Below, piece by piece: positions 36,665 to 48,764 of a DNA stretch of 64,000 bases. The DNA is taken from positions 2,586,616 through 2,650,615 of the forward strand of contig OZ245843.1 of NCBI GenBank assembly GCA_965228875.1, given 5' to 3'. Numbering within the stretch: the stretch's first letter is position 1; every line of letters starts with the position of its first letter. Source of the DNA: Thalassobaculaceae bacterium (GTDB lineage: Bacteria > Pseudomonadota > Alphaproteobacteria > Thalassobaculales > Thalassobaculaceae). The position numbers and the translations under genes were made by a program. Under the pieces are notes generated by a model. It was not told the origin of the DNA and searched no databases. It was given only the letters and a program-made list of their open reading frames with translations.

Positions 36665-39010
36665 TCAGACCAGTTCTTCGACCTTGTCGCCGCCCTTGCT
36701 GTCGCCGCCCTTGCGGCCCTTGGTCTTGGCCGGCTTCTCGGGCGTCGGCTCGTCGTCGAAGTCGAAGGCCAGCTTGCCGTCGACCAGACCGATGCGGACG
36801 ACCCCGCCCTTCACCAGACGACCGAACAGCAGTTCCTCGGCCAGTGGCTTCTTGATGTGCTCCTGGATGACGCGGGAGAGCGGACGCGCGCCGTAGAGCC
36901 GGTCGTAGCCCTTCTCGCCGAGCCAGTCGCGGGCCTGCTGGCTCGCCTCGATGGTGACGCCGCGGTCGGCGAGCTGCGCCTCGAGCTGGATCAGGAACTT
37001 GTCGACCACCCGGCTGATGGTGTCCGGTCCGAGCGCCTTGAAGCCGACGATGGCATCCAGGCGGTTGCGGAACTCCGGCGTGAACATCCGGTTGATCGCC
37101 TCGGTGTCGTCGCCCTCGCGCTGGTCGCGTGCGAAGCCGATCGCCTCCTTCGCCAGGTCCGCCGCCCCCGCGTTCGTGGTCATGATCAGGATCACGTTGC
37201 GGAAATCGACCGTCTTGCCGTTGTGATCGGTCAGCTTGCCGTGGTCCATCACCTGAAGCAGGACGTTGAACAGGTCCGGATGCGCCTTCTCGATCTCGTC
37301 GAGCAGCAGGACGCAGTGCGGGTGCTGGTCGATCTGGTCGGTCAGCAGGCCGCCCTGATCGAAGCCGACATAGCCCGGAGGCGCGCCGATCAGCCGGCTG
37401 ACCGAGTGCCGCTCCATGTATTCGGACATGTCGAAGCGGATGAGTTCGACACCCATGATGAGGGCGAGTTGGCGCGCCACTTCGGTCTTGCCGACGCCGG
37501 TCGGGCCGGAGAACAGGTAATTGCCGATCGGCTTGTCCGGATCGCGCAGGCCGGCACGGGCCAGCTTGATCGCCGTCGACAGCGAGCTGATCGCCTCGTC
37601 CTGGCCGAACACGACCGTCTTCAGGTCGCGCTCCAGGTTGGCGAGCACGGTCTTGTCGTCGGTCGACACGCTCTTCGGCGGGATGCGGGCGATCTTGGCG
37701 ACGATGTCCTCGACCTCCTTCACACCGATCGTCTTGCGCCGCTTGGACGGCGAGACCAGCATCTGCGCCGCGCCGACCTCGTCGATCACGTCGATCGCCT
37801 TGTCCGGCAGCTTGCGGTCGCCGATGTACTTGGCCGACAGCTCGACCGCGGTCTTGAGCGCGTCGTTGGTGTAGCGGACCTTGTGATGCTCCTCGTAGTA
37901 GGGCTTGAGGCCCTTGAGGATCTTGATCGCATCCGGGATCGACGGCTCGTTGACGTCGATCTTCTGGAAGCGGCGCACCAGGGCGCGGTCCTTCTCGAAG
38001 TAGCTGCGGTATTCTTTATAGGTGGTCGAACCGATGCAGCGCAGGCCGCCGGACTGCAGCGCCGGCTTCAGCAGGTTCGAGGCGTCCATCGCCCCGCCGC
38101 TGGTCGCACCGGCGCCGATCACCGTGTGGATCTCGTCGATGAACAGCACCGCGTGCGGGTTCTGCTCCAGCTCGCCGACCACCGCCTTCAGCCGCTCCTC
38201 GAAATCGCCGCGGTAGCGGGTTCCGGCGAGCAGCGCGCCCATGTCGAGGGAGAAGATCTGGGCGTCGATCAGCACCTCCGGCACGTCGCCGTCGACGATG
38301 CGCTTGGCCAGACCCTCGGCGATGGCGGTCTTGCCGACCCCCGGATCGCCCACGTAGAGCGGGTTGTTCTTGGTGCGGCGGCACAGGATCTGGATCGTGC
38401 GCTCGACCTCGTGCTCGCGGCCGATCAGCGGATCGATCTTGCCGGAGGCGGCCTTCTTGTTGAGGTCCACACAATAGGCGTCGAGCGCCTCGTGGCCCTG
38501 CTTGTTGACCTGTTCGCCCTTCGAGTCCTCGTCGGCGCCATCGACCGAGCGCTTCGGCTCGCTCTGCTGCTGGCCGTGGACCTTGGCGATGCCGTGGCTG
38601 ATGTAGCTGACCGCGTCGAAGCGGGTCATCTCCTGCTCCTGCAGGAAGAACACCGCATGGCTCTCGCGCTCGGACAGCAGGGCGACCAGCACGTTGGCGC
38701 CGGTGACCTCCTCGCGGCCGGACGACTGGACGTGGATGACCGCGCGCTGAACCACCCGCTGGAACCCGGCGGTCGGCTTCGCCTCCTCGAGCGCGCTGCC
38801 GACCAGGCCGTTCAGTTCGGTGTCGATATAGGTGACCAGGTCGTCGCGCAGTTTGGTGACGTCGACGCCGCAGGCCTTGAGCACGGCGAGCGCGTCCTGA
38901 TCGTCGGTCAGCGAGAGGAGCAGGTGCTCCAGGGTCGCATACTCATGGCGCTTCTCGTTCGCGAGACCGAGGGCGCGGTGCAGGCTCTCTTCGAGGTTCT
39001 TCGACAGCAT
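36665..39010 (-). CDS. clpA: ATP-dependent Clp protease ATPase ClpA
   Basis: Two AAA modules ([16 protein letters not shown]), IGAPPGYVG and IGF loop. Confidence 0.97.
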   Translation of the reverse strand: MLSKNLEESLHRALGLANEKRHEYATLEHLLLSLTDDQDALAVLKACGVDVTKLRDDLVTYIDTELNGLVGSALEEAKPTAGFQRVVQRAVIHVQSSGREEVTGANVLVALLSERESHAVFFLQEQEMTRFDAVSYISHGIAKVHGQQQSEPKRSVDGADEDSKGEQVNKQGHEALDAYCVDLNKKAASGKIDPLIGREHEVERTIQILCRRTKNNPLYVGDPGVGKTAIAEGLAKRIVDGDVPEVLIDAQIFSLDMGALLAGTRYRGDFEERLKAVVGELEQNPHAVLFIDEIHTVIGAGATSGGAMDASNLLKPALQSGGLRCIGSTTYKEYRSYFEKDRALVRRFQKIDVNEPSIPDAIKILKGLKPYYEEHHKVRYTNDALKTAVELSAKYIGDRKLPDKAIDVIDEVGAAQMLVSPSKRRKTIGVKEVEDIVAKIARIPPKSVSTDDKTVLANLERDLKTVVFGQDEAISSLSTAIKLARAGLRDPDKPIGNYLFSGPTGVGKTEVARQLALIMGVELIRFDMSEYMERHSVSRLIGAPPGYVGFDQGGLLTDQIDQHPHCVLLLDEIEKAHPDLFNVLLQVMDHGKLTDHNGKTVDFRNVILIMTTNAGAADLAKEAIGFARDQREGDDTEAINRMFTPEFRNRLDAIVGFKALGPDTISRVVDKFLIQLEAQLADRGVTIEASQQARDWLGEKGYDRLYGARPLSRVIQEHIKKPLAEELLFGRLVKGGVVRIGLVDGKLAFDFDDEPTPEKPAKTKGRKGGDSKGGDKVEELV

Positions 39011-39014
39011 GTCG

Positions 39015-39341
39015 TCAATCTTTCTCCAAGGTGCACTGCAAAGGATGGTGATGCTGGCGCGCGAAGTCCATCACCTGAGTGACCTTCGTCTCGGCCACCT
39101 CGTAGGTGAACACGCCGCAGATCCCCACCCCACGCTGATGAACGTGAAGCATGATGCGGGTCGCTTCTTCGCGATTCTTGTTGAAGAACCGTTCCAGCAC
39201 ATGAACGACGAATTCCATCGGCGTGTAGTCATCATTCAGCATGATGACCTTGTACATCGACGGTTTTTTCGTTTTAGGACGGGTCTTTACGACCACTCCC
39301 GTGTTCGTGCCGTTGCCGGTTCCGCGATCGTCGTCACTCAT
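39015..39341 (-). CDS. clpS: Clp adaptor ClpS
   Basis: [17 protein letters not shown]...HPLQCTLEK. Confidence 0.97.
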   Translation of the reverse strand: MSDDDRGTGNGTNTGVVVKTRPKTKKPSMYKVIMLNDDYTPMEFVVHVLERFFNKNREEATRIMLHVHQRGVGICGVFTYEVAETKVTQVMDFARQHHHPLQCTLEKD

Positions 39342-39734
39342 GGTCAACCCGTGGGCGTCTGGTGAGTTCCCGGCCGCCGGCGGTCGACGGCCACCGGATC
39401 GTCGCGGCCGCCGCGCTGCGCAGGTCAGCCCGCTCCATGCAGAATATGAGATTGAAGGGGCCGGGGGGAAGGGGCAGCGCACCCGCCCGGGCAATTCCCG
39501 GCCCGTGCGGCCGCGTGCACCGCAGCAGACCGGCGTCCAGACACGACTGGGCCCGGCCGACGCGCGACCGGGCCCAGATGGCTCGACAGGGTAAGGCACG
39601 ATCATACGGTGGCGTCTGAGCGTGTGATTCTACCCTGCCTCCCGTAGGTGGGAGAGCGCTTCACGGTTCGGATCGGGTCGATCCGCACCGGTCGCGCTCT
39701 CGCGTTCGTCGGGTGCCGGAGCACCCGGCAGGCG

Positions 39735-40262
39735 TCACGCGGCGGCCTTGGAGAAGGTCTCGACGGTCTCGTCGACCCGCGCCTTGATCGGCTCGATCGC
39801 CTCGTTGGCGGTCTTGACGGACATCTCGGAGATCTTCGTGCTCTCGGCGACGAAGCTGTCGAACGACGCCTTGGCGAAGTCGTTCTGCAGGTCGACGACC
39901 TCGTTGACGCTCTTCGCGCCCAGCACCTTCTTCGAGAAGTCGACGCCGGCGTCGACGGACGACTGGCTGTAGGCGAACCACGCCTTGCTGACGTCCTCGA
40001 GGCCCTTGGTCAGGATGCCGAACGACTTGGTCACGGCATCGACGTTGGCCTGGGAGTAGGTGGCGAACTCGTCGTAGCCCTTGAACGCGGCGGCCGAGGC
40101 CTTCTCCATGTTCTCCTTGGCGACGGACACGACCTGGTCGAAGTTCTTCTGACCGGTCTCCTGGGTGATCTTCGTCATGTTCTCAATGGTCTCCTTACCG
40201 GCGGCGACGGCAGCGTCGACCGGCGTGGCAGTGCTCGCGGTGGTCTTCTTGGTGGTGGCCAT
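39735..40262 (-). CDS. phaP: Phasin family protein
   Basis: Ala/Lys/Thr-rich helical protein (AKSVNEVVDLQNDFAK), usual position next to clpS, upstream PhaR-like sites. Confidence 0.85.
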   Translation of the reverse strand: MATTKKTTASTATPVDAAVAAGKETIENMTKITQETGQKNFDQVVSVAKENMEKASAAAFKGYDEFATYSQANVDAVTKSFGILTKGLEDVSKAWFAYSQSSVDAGVDFSKKVLGAKSVNEVVDLQNDFAKASFDSFVAESTKISEMSVKTANEAIEPIKARVDETVETFSKAAA

Positions 40263-40303
40263 GGGTCTCTCCATTCGGTCGATGGCGCGTCGCGATCGGG
40301 AAA

Positions 40304-40396
40304 TTGTGCATCGCAACATCCCGGATATGTAGTCGCGCGCCGCCGACCGTCAAGGAATTTATTGTGCACTGCACAAAAAATTGCCGCGCCGCAGCA
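40304..40396. promoter_or_regulatory. PhaR-like TGC-N3-GCA operators around the phasin promoter
   Basis: TGCATCGCA (40307), palindrome TTGTGCACTGCACAA (40362) and a degenerate third copy; TTGACG -35 on the minus strand at 40348-40353. Confidence 0.7.
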
Positions 40397-40564
40397 CCCC
40401 AATCCCCTAAAATGCCGGACACCCGACCCAAGTCCTGTGTCTGAATCAATCGCTTATGGACAGAACCTCAAGCAACGTCTAGGCTGTGTGCATTGATTCG
40501 GTGGTCGCTTGCGTCGACCCCAGTTCCGTTCGAGCCCCAGCCCAGACGGCAGCGGAGTGCACGC

Positions 40565-41770
40565 ATGCGGCGGATCGGCCTGATTCTGACAGTTCCCCTT
40601 CTGGTTATCGGCCTGGTTGCCGGGCTGTCGGCCCTCCCTGCCCAAGCCGCGACCAAGTACGCCGCCCTGGTGTTGGACGTCGAGAGCGGGAAGATCCTGT
40701 TCTCCCGCCACGCCGACGCCCGACGGCATCCGGCGTCGCTGACCAAGATCATGACCCTGTACATGGTCTTCGAGGCCCTGGAGAGCGGCAAGCTGAGCCT
40801 CAACCAACGCCTCCCCGTCTCGGCCCGCGCCGCCGGCCAGCCGCCCTCCCGCCTCGGGCTGAAGCGCGGCGACACCATCCGGGTGCGCGACGCCATTCTG
40901 GCCCTCGTGACGAAGTCGGCGAACGACGTCGCCACCGTGGTCGCCGAGGCGATCGGCAAGTCCGAGTACCGCTTCGCGGTCGCCATGACCGAGCGGGCCA
41001 AGGAACTCGGGCTGCGCTCGACCCGCTTCATGAACGCCTCCGGCCTCCACGACCGCCGGCAGGTCACGACCGCCCGCGACATGGCCCGGCTGGCGATCGC
41101 CATCCGCCGGGACTTCCCGGAGCAGTACAAGGTCTTCTCCACCTCGCGCTTCACCTATGGCGGCCGCACCTACAAGAACCACAACAAGCTGCTCGGCCGC
41201 TACGACGGCACCGACGGCATCAAGACCGGCTACATCAACGCCTCCGGCTTCAACCTGGTCGCCTCGGTCGAGCGCAACGGCACCCGGCTGATCGGCGTGG
41301 TGTTCGGCGGCCGCTCGGGCCGCAGCCGCAACGCCCACATGCGCAAGATCCTGACCGGCGGCTTCGAGCGCGCGGAGGAGATCCGGATCGCCTCGTTCAA
41401 GCCGCCGCTGCCGGTGATGCGCCCGACCGTGGTCGTCGCCGCGGTCCCGCAGACCGTGCCCGAGCTGATCGCGGCCGTCGGATCGTCCGGCGACGACGAG
41501 GTCGGTTCGCGCGACGATGCCGGCTCCTGGGGCGTACAGGTCGGGGCCTATTCGACCGAACTGCGCGCCCGGCGCTCGATCGCCACCGCCCGCGGCCTGC
41601 TGCCGGACATGCTGAGCGATACCGAAGGCAAGGTCGAAGCCCTGGCGAACCGCGACGTTCCGATCTATCGTGCCCGCCTCTTCGGCCTGCTGGAGAAGGA
41701 GGCGCGGTCGGTCTGCCTGGATCTCAAGCGCCGCCACCTGCCCTGCGTGCCGGTCCCGAACGGCGGCTGA
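40565..41770 (+). CDS. D-alanyl-D-alanine carboxypeptidase (S11) with C-terminal SPOR-like domain
   Basis: PASLTK, SAND and KTG motifs; WGVQVGAY. Confidence 0.92.
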   Translation: MRRIGLILTVPLLVIGLVAGLSALPAQAATKYAALVLDVESGKILFSRHADARRHPASLTKIMTLYMVFEALESGKLSLNQRLPVSARAAGQPPSRLGLKRGDTIRVRDAILALVTKSANDVATVVAEAIGKSEYRFAVAMTERAKELGLRSTRFMNASGLHDRRQVTTARDMARLAIAIRRDFPEQYKVFSTSRFTYGGRTYKNHNKLLGRYDGTDGIKTGYINASGFNLVASVERNGTRLIGVVFGGRSGRSRNAHMRKILTGGFERAEEIRIASFKPPLPVMRPTVVVAAVPQTVPELIAAVGSSGDDEVGSRDDAGSWGVQVGAYSTELRARRSIATARGLLPDMLSDTEGKVEALANRDVPIYRARLFGLLEKEARSVCLDLKRRHLPCVPVPNGG

Positions 41771-41820
41771 ACGCCGGCAGACATCCGGCAGACCTCCGGC
41801 AGACTCCCGGGCGCCGGCCT

Positions 41821-43236
41821 TCAGAACGCCGGAACGTCCAGACCGGCGCCGCGGACCGCCGCCCTGACCTGATCCTTGAGCCGTTCCAGCGCCGCCTCGT
41901 CCGCCGCCTCGCAGCGCGCGACCAGCACGTCCTGGGTATTGGAGGCGCGCAGCAGCCACCAGCCGTCGGCCGAGCTCACGCGCACCCCGTCGATCTCGTT
42001 CACCGTCACGTCGCCACGCCCGGCCAGCGCCGCCTTGACCGCCTCGACCGCCGCGAACTTGCGGTCTTCGGCACAGGGAAAGCGGATCTCCGGCGTGTTC
42101 ACGACCGCCGGTAGCACATCCCGGAGGGCCGAGACCGGACGGTCGGACGCCGCCACCAGCGAAAGCAACCGGATCGCCGCGTAGAGCGCGTCGTCGAATC
42201 CGTAGTAGCGGTCCCGGAAGAACAGGTGGCCGCTCATCTCGCCGGCCAGCGGCGCCCCGGTCTCGGCCATCTTGGTCTTGATGAGCGAGTGGCCGGTCCG
42301 CCACATCAGCGGCACCCCGCCGAGCGCAGCGATCCGGTCGAACAGCACCTGGCTCGCCTTGACGTCGGCGATGACCGTCGCGCCCGGACGGTCCGCCAGC
42401 ACCTCCTCGGCGAAGATCGCGACAAGCTGATCGCCCCAGATCACGCGCCCGGTCTCGTCGATCACGCCGAGGCGGTCGCCGTCGCCGTCGAAGGCGATGC
42501 CCAGACCCGCGCCCGTCTCCGCGACGGCGGCGCGCAGGCCCTCCAGCGTCTCCGGCACGGTCGGGTCCGGGTGGTGGTTCGGGAAGGTGCCGTCCACCTC
42601 GGGGTACAGCACCCGGTGGCGACCGGGCAGCGCCTCGGCCAGCGCGGTGACGACCGGTCCCGTGGCGCCGTTACCGCAATCCCAAACGACGGTGAGCGGC
42701 CGCCCGTCCCGCACCTCCCGCAGGAGCCGGTCGACATAGATCGCGGTGACCGGCGCCCTCTCGACCCTGCCTGCCCCTTCGGCATATCGACCCTCGGCGG
42801 CGATCGCGCCGAGCCGCTGGATGTCGGCGCCGAAGAACGGCGCGGTCCCCAGCATCATCTTGAAGCCGTTGTAGTCGGGCGGGTTGTGGGAGCCGGTGAC
42901 CATGACCCCGCCATCGGCGGCGTGGTGGTGCACGGCGAAATACAGGGCCGGCGTCGGGCAGCCGCCGATATCGACGACATCGACCCCCGCCGCCGTCAGC
43001 CCGTCGATCAGCGCGCCGGCGATCTCGGGCGACGACAGCCGGCCATCGCGCCCCACCGCCACGCGCCGCCTCCCGGCCCCAGTGCCGGCCCCGGCTCCGG
43101 CCCCGGCCCCGGCGACCACGGTCGCGAACGCCCGGCCGATCGCACGGGCATCGGCGGCATGCAGGGTGTCGCCGACCACGCCGCGGATGTCGTATTCGCG
43201 CAGGATGGTCGGGTCAAAGCGATGGCCGACGGTCAC
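41821..43236 (-). CDS. Phosphomannomutase/phosphoglucomutase
   Basis: REYDIRG, TGSHNP, DGDGDR, GEMSGH and RASNT motifs. Confidence 0.95.
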   Translation of the reverse strand: MTVGHRFDPTILREYDIRGVVGDTLHAADARAIGRAFATVVAGAGAGAGAGTGAGRRRVAVGRDGRLSSPEIAGALIDGLTAAGVDVVDIGGCPTPALYFAVHHHAADGGVMVTGSHNPPDYNGFKMMLGTAPFFGADIQRLGAIAAEGRYAEGAGRVERAPVTAIYVDRLLREVRDGRPLTVVWDCGNGATGPVVTALAEALPGRHRVLYPEVDGTFPNHHPDPTVPETLEGLRAAVAETGAGLGIAFDGDGDRLGVIDETGRVIWGDQLVAIFAEEVLADRPGATVIADVKASQVLFDRIAALGGVPLMWRTGHSLIKTKMAETGAPLAGEMSGHLFFRDRYYGFDDALYAAIRLLSLVAASDRPVSALRDVLPAVVNTPEIRFPCAEDRKFAAVEAVKAALAGRGDVTVNEIDGVRVSSADGWWLLRASNTQDVLVARCEAADEAALERLKDQVRAAVRGAGLDVPAF

Positions 43237-43252
43237 GGAGCGGATATCCCGT

Positions 43253-44596
43253 CTACTGGGCCGCCTGGGTCACGTCGGCGGCCGAACGCTCGGTTCCGCG
43301 CCCGATGCAGGTATAGTCGAAGCCCGCCATCCGCATCTCGTCCGGATCGTAAACGTTGCGCAGGTCGACCAGGACCGGCGATTTCAGAAGCGACTTCATG
43401 CGCTTGAGATCGAGCGCGCGGAACTCGTTCCACTCGGTGACGATCGCGACGGCATCGACCCCGTCCATCGCCTCGTACGCGCTCCGGCAGTAGGCGATGC
43501 CAGGCAGCAGCTTCGCCGCCTCGTCCATCCCCTCCGGATCGTAGCCGCGCACCGTGGCGCCCGCCTCGATCAGCGCCGGGACGATGTCCAGGGCCGGGCT
43601 GTCCCGCATGTCGTCGGTGTTGGGCTTGAAGGTCAGGCCGAGCAGCGCCACGGTCCGGCCCGCCACGGATCCGCCGCAGGCCGCGACGATGCGGTCGGCC
43701 ATGGCGCGCTTGCGCCGGGCGTTGACGTCGACCACGGTCTCGATGATCCGCAGCGGCGCGCCGTAGTCCTGCGCGGTCTTGACCAGCGCCAGCGTATCCT
43801 TCGGGAAACAGGAACCGCCGTAGCCCGGTCCCGGATGCAGGAACTTGCGGCCGATGCGGCCGTCCAGACCGATGCCCTTGGCGACGTCGTGCACGTCCGC
43901 GCCCACCTTCTCGCACAGGTCGGCGATCTCGTTGATGAAGGTGATCTTGGTCGCCAGGAAGGTGTTCGCCGCGTACTTGATCATCTCGCTGGTTTCCAGC
44001 TCGGTGAAGACGATCGGCGTCTCGATCAGGTAGAGCGGGCGATAGAGCTGGCGCATGACCTCGCGGGCCCGGTCGGTGCTGGCGCCGATCACCACCCGGT
44101 CGGGGCGCATGAAGTCGTTGATCGCCGCGCCCTCGCGCAGGAACTCGGGGTTGGAGCAGACGTCGAAATCGCCGTCCGGGCGCCGCTCGCGGATGATCCG
44201 CTCGACTTCGCGGCCGGTGCCGACCGGCACCGTCGACTTGGTGACGACCACCGTATAGCCGTCCATCGCGTCGGCGATCTCCTCGGCGGCGGCGTAGACG
44301 TAGCTCAGGTCGGCATGACCGTCGCCGCGCCGGCTCGGCGTGCCGACGGCGATGAACACCGCGTCGCAGCCCTTCACCCCCTCAGCGAGACTGGTGGTGA
44401 AGGACAGGCGTCCGGCCTTCACGTTGTTGGCGACCAGATCGTCCAGGCCGGGCTCGAAGATCGGGATCTCGCCGCCCTTGAGCCGCCGGATCTTGTCCTC
44501 GTCCTTGTCGACGCAGACCACGTCCACGCCAAACTCGGAAAAGCACGCGCCGGTGACAAGGCCGACATACCCCGTGCCGATCATCGCAATACGCAT
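43253..44596 (-). CDS. ugd: UDP-glucose 6-dehydrogenase
   Basis: [22 protein letters not shown] and FKPNTDD motifs. Confidence 0.95.
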   Translation of the reverse strand: MRIAMIGTGYVGLVTGACFSEFGVDVVCVDKDEDKIRRLKGGEIPIFEPGLDDLVANNVKAGRLSFTTSLAEGVKGCDAVFIAVGTPSRRGDGHADLSYVYAAAEEIADAMDGYTVVVTKSTVPVGTGREVERIIRERRPDGDFDVCSNPEFLREGAAINDFMRPDRVVIGASTDRAREVMRQLYRPLYLIETPIVFTELETSEMIKYAANTFLATKITFINEIADLCEKVGADVHDVAKGIGLDGRIGRKFLHPGPGYGGSCFPKDTLALVKTAQDYGAPLRIIETVVDVNARRKRAMADRIVAACGGSVAGRTVALLGLTFKPNTDDMRDSPALDIVPALIEAGATVRGYDPEGMDEAAKLLPGIAYCRSAYEAMDGVDAVAIVTEWNEFRALDLKRMKSLLKSPVLVDLRNVYDPDEMRMAGFDYTCIGRGTERSAADVTQAAQ

Positions 44597-44651
44597 CGAT
44601 GTCTCCCTGTGCCTTCGAGCCCGGTCGCGACGGACGGCCCGACGGCGGATG

Positions 44652-45521
44652 TCAGACGTATTCCTTCAAGAATGCCCGGATGTCGTCCCGCATGTCGTCG
44701 CGCGCAAGTGCGAATGCAAGATTTGCCTCAAGAAACCCGACCTTGTTTCCGCAGTCGAACCGGCGCCCCTCGAACAGCACGCCGTTGAACGGCTGCAGGC
44801 CAAGCTGGCGGGCCATGGCGTCGGTGAGCTGGATCTCGCCGCCGGCCCCCTTCTCCATGCGGCCCAGGTCCTCGAACACCTTCGGCTGCAGGATGTAGCG
44901 TCCGATCACGGCGTAGTTGGACGGCGCGTCCTCCGCCTTGGGCTTCTCCACCAGCCCGCGGACCTCCACGAGATTGCCGTCGACGTCGCCCGGAGCGACG
45001 ACCCCGTAGGCGGAGATCGCGTCGCGCGGGACCTCCATCAGCGCCACCATGTTGCCGCCGACTTCGTTGTAGGCCTCGATCATCTGCTTGAGGCAGCCCT
45101 TCTCGGACAGGATCAGATCGTCTGCGAGCAGCACCGCCACCGGTTCGGAGCCGACGAAGTTCCGCCCGCACCACACCGCGTGGCCCAGGCCCAGCGGTTC
45201 CTGCTGACGGGTGAAGGCGAGATTGCCGGGCGCCGGGATCGTGGCGTTCACCAGCTTCAGGGCGTCGTCCTTCTTGCGCGACGACAGCATGTCCTGCAGC
45301 TCGTAGGCGACGTCGAAATGATCCTCGATCGCCGTCTTTCCCCGTCCGGTCACGAAGATCAGTTCCTCGATCCCGGCGTCGCGCGCCTCCTCGACCGCAT
45401 ACTGGATCAGCGGCTTGTCGACGACGGTGAGCATTTCCTTCGGCATGGACTTGGTCGCCGGCAGGAAACGGGTGCCGAGGCCCCCGACAGGGAAAATGGC
45501 CTTGCGGACGGGAACTGGCAT
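44652..45521 (-). CDS. galU: UTP--glucose-1-phosphate uridylyltransferase
   Basis: GLGTRFLPATK, PKEML, VEKP and GEIQLTDA motifs. Confidence 0.96.
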   Translation of the reverse strand: MPVPVRKAIFPVGGLGTRFLPATKSMPKEMLTVVDKPLIQYAVEEARDAGIEELIFVTGRGKTAIEDHFDVAYELQDMLSSRKKDDALKLVNATIPAPGNLAFTRQQEPLGLGHAVWCGRNFVGSEPVAVLLADDLILSEKGCLKQMIEAYNEVGGNMVALMEVPRDAISAYGVVAPGDVDGNLVEVRGLVEKPKAEDAPSNYAVIGRYILQPKVFEDLGRMEKGAGGEIQLTDAMARQLGLQPFNGVLFEGRRFDCGNKVGFLEANLAFALARDDMRDDIRAFLKEYV

Positions 45522-45616
45522 CGAGTCCTCTCAATCGGGATCTGGGTTCGGGACAATGAACCCAAGAACTGGGAGGTTATCGCGCAATGCCAAGGCCAAG
45601 CGCAAGCCGAGCGCCC

Positions 45617-46351
45617 TCAGCCTCGGCCCAGCAGGACGTCCTTTGCCCGGTTGATCTGCGCCGCGACCCAGGACGATCCGCCACGGTCCGGGTGGTTCGC
45701 CAGCATTAGCCGGCGGTGCGCGTCGCGGATCTCCTGTTCGTCCGCGCCGTCCGCGACGCCCAGGATCTCCCGCGCCCGGGCGGGGGTCATCGCCGACTCG
45801 TCCTCCGGCCGCGCGCTGCCATCCTCCGCCCTGGCGTTCCCCGCACCGCCCCCACTCGCACCGGCGCCCTCCGCACCGTTGCGCTCGAGCCAGGCCTCGA
45901 AGACCTGGCGGGAGTCGGCGTCGGCTTCCAGATCGGCGGCCAGATCGGCCAGTTCCTGCGGCCCGAGATCCGAGAGACGACGCCCGGCATAGGGTCCCTG
46001 GAGCACCTCGCCGTCCATCGCGCCGGTGTCGTGGTCGAGCGTCATGGCAAGCCAGGCGGTACGCACGTCGCTGGTCTGGCCCGGTGTCGGACCGCGCGCC
46101 ATCTTGGCGGCATTCCGCAGCGCCCGCAGAATGGGAGTCATCCGCAGCAGGAACGGAATGGCGACCGGTACGGCGTAGATCAGCCAGTCGAGCCGGCCCC
46201 GCAGCAGCACGAACAGGCCGAGGCCGACCGCCAGCGCGACGGCCAGCCACTTCGCGACCCTGAGAATGTCGCGCGGCTCGGCGTTCAGCAGCCAGCGCCC
46301 CATCAGGCCGATCCCGGCGAGCAGGCAGAGACCGAGAACCGCGTATGCCAT
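45617..46351 (-). CDS. Membrane protein with C-terminal J-domain
   Basis: N-terminal TM segments; C-terminal AREILGV...NHPDRGGS...INRAKDVL. Confidence 0.88.
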   Translation of the reverse strand: MAYAVLGLCLLAGIGLMGRWLLNAEPRDILRVAKWLAVALAVGLGLFVLLRGRLDWLIYAVPVAIPFLLRMTPILRALRNAAKMARGPTPGQTSDVRTAWLAMTLDHDTGAMDGEVLQGPYAGRRLSDLGPQELADLAADLEADADSRQVFEAWLERNGAEGAGASGGGAGNARAEDGSARPEDESAMTPARAREILGVADGADEQEIRDAHRRLMLANHPDRGGSSWVAAQINRAKDVLLGRG

Positions 46352-46354
46352 GGA

Positions 46355-47098
46355 TCAGCCTCCGACCTGACGGGTGAGCAGTCGAACCGCCTCGCCCCTG
46401 CCCGCACCGTAGTCCAGCAGCGCCTGGCGTCCGCCGGCGGCGTAGACCGCGACGGCGGCCAGAAGTTCCCGCAACCGGTCGGCGCTGGCGGAATCGAACG
46501 GGCAGTAGGCGCCGCGGGTCAGCCGGGCGACCTGTTCCAGGCCGCGCGCGGCCAACGGATCGCCGCCCTCGTGGAAGACGAAGACCGGCACGCCGAGCAC
46601 CCCGAGTTCGCCGGCCGCATGGCAGACGTCGTCGATGTCCTCCTCGAAGGCGTCGCCGACGAAGACCAGGGCGCCGACCTTGTCCCGCTTGGTCTCTCTG
46701 ATCGCGTGCCGCAGGACCTTGCGGATCTGGGTCTGACCGCCGAGGCAGTTCACTCCGGTCATGACCCGTCCCAGCGCCTCGGGGTCGGAGTGCCATTTCG
46801 ACGCCTTGCACTCGCCGAAACCCCGGTAGAACAGCAGCTGCACGTCGAGACCGCCGAGCGCCGCCGTCTGGTGGAACATCTCCGCCTGGATGTGGCAAGC
46901 CCGGTCCCAGGTGGGGCCGCGGCTGGCCGTCGCGTCGAGGGCGAAGATCAGCCGGCCCCGCCGCCCGGTCTGCGCCGCGGCCGGCATCGCGCGCACCGTC
47001 GACAGGAACGCGTCGATCTCCGACTTGGAGGAGACGGCCCCGCCGCTCGACCCGGTCCCGGCCGGGAGTTTCTCGTCACGATCGTCCTTCGCAGCCAT
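46355..47098 (-). CDS. vWA domain protein
   Basis: LIFALDATAS MIDAS-like motif, GGQTQI and FVGDAFEE. Confidence 0.85.
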   Translation of the reverse strand: MAAKDDRDEKLPAGTGSSGGAVSSKSEIDAFLSTVRAMPAAAQTGRRGRLIFALDATASRGPTWDRACHIQAEMFHQTAALGGLDVQLLFYRGFGECKASKWHSDPEALGRVMTGVNCLGGQTQIRKVLRHAIRETKRDKVGALVFVGDAFEEDIDDVCHAAGELGVLGVPVFVFHEGGDPLAARGLEQVARLTRGAYCPFDSASADRLRELLAAVAVYAAGGRQALLDYGAGRGEAVRLLTRQVGG

Positions 47099-47242
47099 CG
47101 TCCGCCTATAGCATCCCTCGCGTCGCGCGGCGCCCTCGGGCGTGACCGCGTCGGATTGACTGTTAAGATCGGTGCTCGAACGCCCGATGCCAACTCCATC
47201 GCGGTGAGACAATTCATCCACGAGGTCGGCGCGGAGGGCGCG

Positions 47243-47737
47243 ATGCGGGGCAGACCGGGGGGCGCCGGGATCCAGATCCGGGCGATGCGGGCCGACGACG
47301 CCGGCCGGGTCGTGGCGATGATCGCCGCCCTGTCGGCCCATGAGGGCGCGCCGCCGCCGCCGATGACGGAGGCGTCCCTGAAGCGCTGGAGCCTGGGGGA
47401 CGACCGGCGGTTCGCCGCCCTGGTCGCCGAGCATGACGGTGCTGTCGTCGGTTACGCCCTGTTCCATGACGGCTTCCACGTCGGTCGCGGAACGCCTGGA
47501 ACCCTGCTGATGGATCTGTTCGTCGAGCCGGCGCACCGCCGGCACGGCATCGCCCGCGCCCTGCTCGCCGCCGTCGGGCGCGAAACCAGAGCGCGGGACG
47601 GCGACTGGATCACCTGGCAGGCGCATCCCGCCAACACCGTCGCCCTGGCTTTCTACGACGCGGTGGGCGCGCGCCGTTTCGCCGCCGCCGACTACGAGCT
47701 TGCGGACGGGTCGCTGCGGCGTCTGCTGGCGGACTGA
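47243..47737 (+). CDS. GNAT acetyltransferase
   Basis: DLFVEPAHRRHGIARALL and ALAFYDAVG motifs. Confidence 0.85.
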   Translation: MRGRPGGAGIQIRAMRADDAGRVVAMIAALSAHEGAPPPPMTEASLKRWSLGDDRRFAALVAEHDGAVVGYALFHDGFHVGRGTPGTLLMDLFVEPAHRRHGIARALLAAVGRETRARDGDWITWQAHPANTVALAFYDAVGARRFAAADYELADGSLRRLLAD

Positions 47738-47745
47738 ACGCGGCC

Positions 47746-48633
47746 TCAGGCCGGCTGCCGCGCCCGCGGACGGCGCTCGGGAAGCTGCAGTGCGTTGATC
47801 AGCGCGCGGACCTCCTGGCGGGCAGCGACGTGGGACATGCGCGGCCGGGCCGAGTTCGGTCGGGCCTGGTCGTCGAACATGTCGAGCATGGTCAGCCCCT
47901 GAAGGAACAGCTCGCGGAAGATCACCCGCTCGCTGAAGCCCGGCGCGATCCGGAAACCGATCCGCCGCGACAGGCGCTGCAGCACGTCGGCCATCTCGCG
48001 CTTGTTGTTCGCCTCGAGGGTCGAGAGACGGTTGCGCATGACGATCCAGTCGATCGAGCCGCCGTCGCGCTGGGCACGGGCCTTGCGCTGGTCCCAGACC
48101 ATCTCGGCATAGACGCTTGGCCGCGCCATCTCGCCGGTCTGGCCGTCCACATGGGCGACCACGTCCAGGTCGATGAAGCTGTCGTTCACCGGGGTGACCA
48201 GGGTATCGGCGTGGGAATGGGCGACGCGCGCCAGGTAGCTGTCGGTGCCGGCGCAGTCGATCACCACGTAGTCGACCATGTCGCGCAGCTTGCCCAGGAT
48301 CGCCTCGAAACGCTGCTTGTCCTCGACCCGGGCCTCGTCGCGCACCGGCTTCTCCGACGGCGCCAGGAAGAAGTGCCGCGGCATCGGCAGCCGGCGCTGC
48401 TCGCGCTGGATCGTGGTGGCCCGGTTGGACAGGTAGCGGGTCAGGGTCCACTGCCGCGCGTCGAGATCGATGGTACCGACCGCGAAGCCGAGCCGCAGCA
48501 GCGCCACGGTCAGGTGCATCGAGGTCGTGGACTTGCCGGAGCCGCCCTTCTCGCAGCCGACGACGATGACATGGGCCGGCTCGCCCGGATGGGCGTCGTT
48601 GGCGGGAGCGGTGTCGGCGGCGGTATCGGCCAC
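47746..48633 (-). CDS. mipZ: Division plane positioning ATPase MipZ
   Basis: EKGGSGKST, DLDARQ, TPVNDSFIDLD, DWIVMRNR and ERVIFRELF motifs; start approximate. Confidence 0.92.
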   Translation of the reverse strand: MADTAADTAPANDAHPGEPAHVIVVGCEKGGSGKSTTSMHLTVALLRLGFAVGTIDLDARQWTLTRYLSNRATTIQREQRRLPMPRHFFLAPSEKPVRDEARVEDKQRFEAILGKLRDMVDYVVIDCAGTDSYLARVAHSHADTLVTPVNDSFIDLDVVAHVDGQTGEMARPSVYAEMVWDQRKARAQRDGGSIDWIVMRNRLSTLEANNKREMADVLQRLSRRIGFRIAPGFSERVIFRELFLQGLTMLDMFDDQARPNSARPRMSHVAARQEVRALINALQLPERRPRARQPA

Positions 48634-48764
48634 GGGCGGGGTTCCGGGATGTTGCGCTGAAGACTCGTTACCCTCGCGGAAGGGAACGCGCAAGCGTGAG
48701 CGGCACGGACGTGCCCCGGCGTCCGCCCCGCGCAGGGCCGGCAAGCACACGGACGGACAGTCGA

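Noticed and set aside
39440..39475. RpoH-like promoter upstream of clpS
   Set aside because: The CTCATAT -10 is plausible but the -35 match is poor; not supportable.
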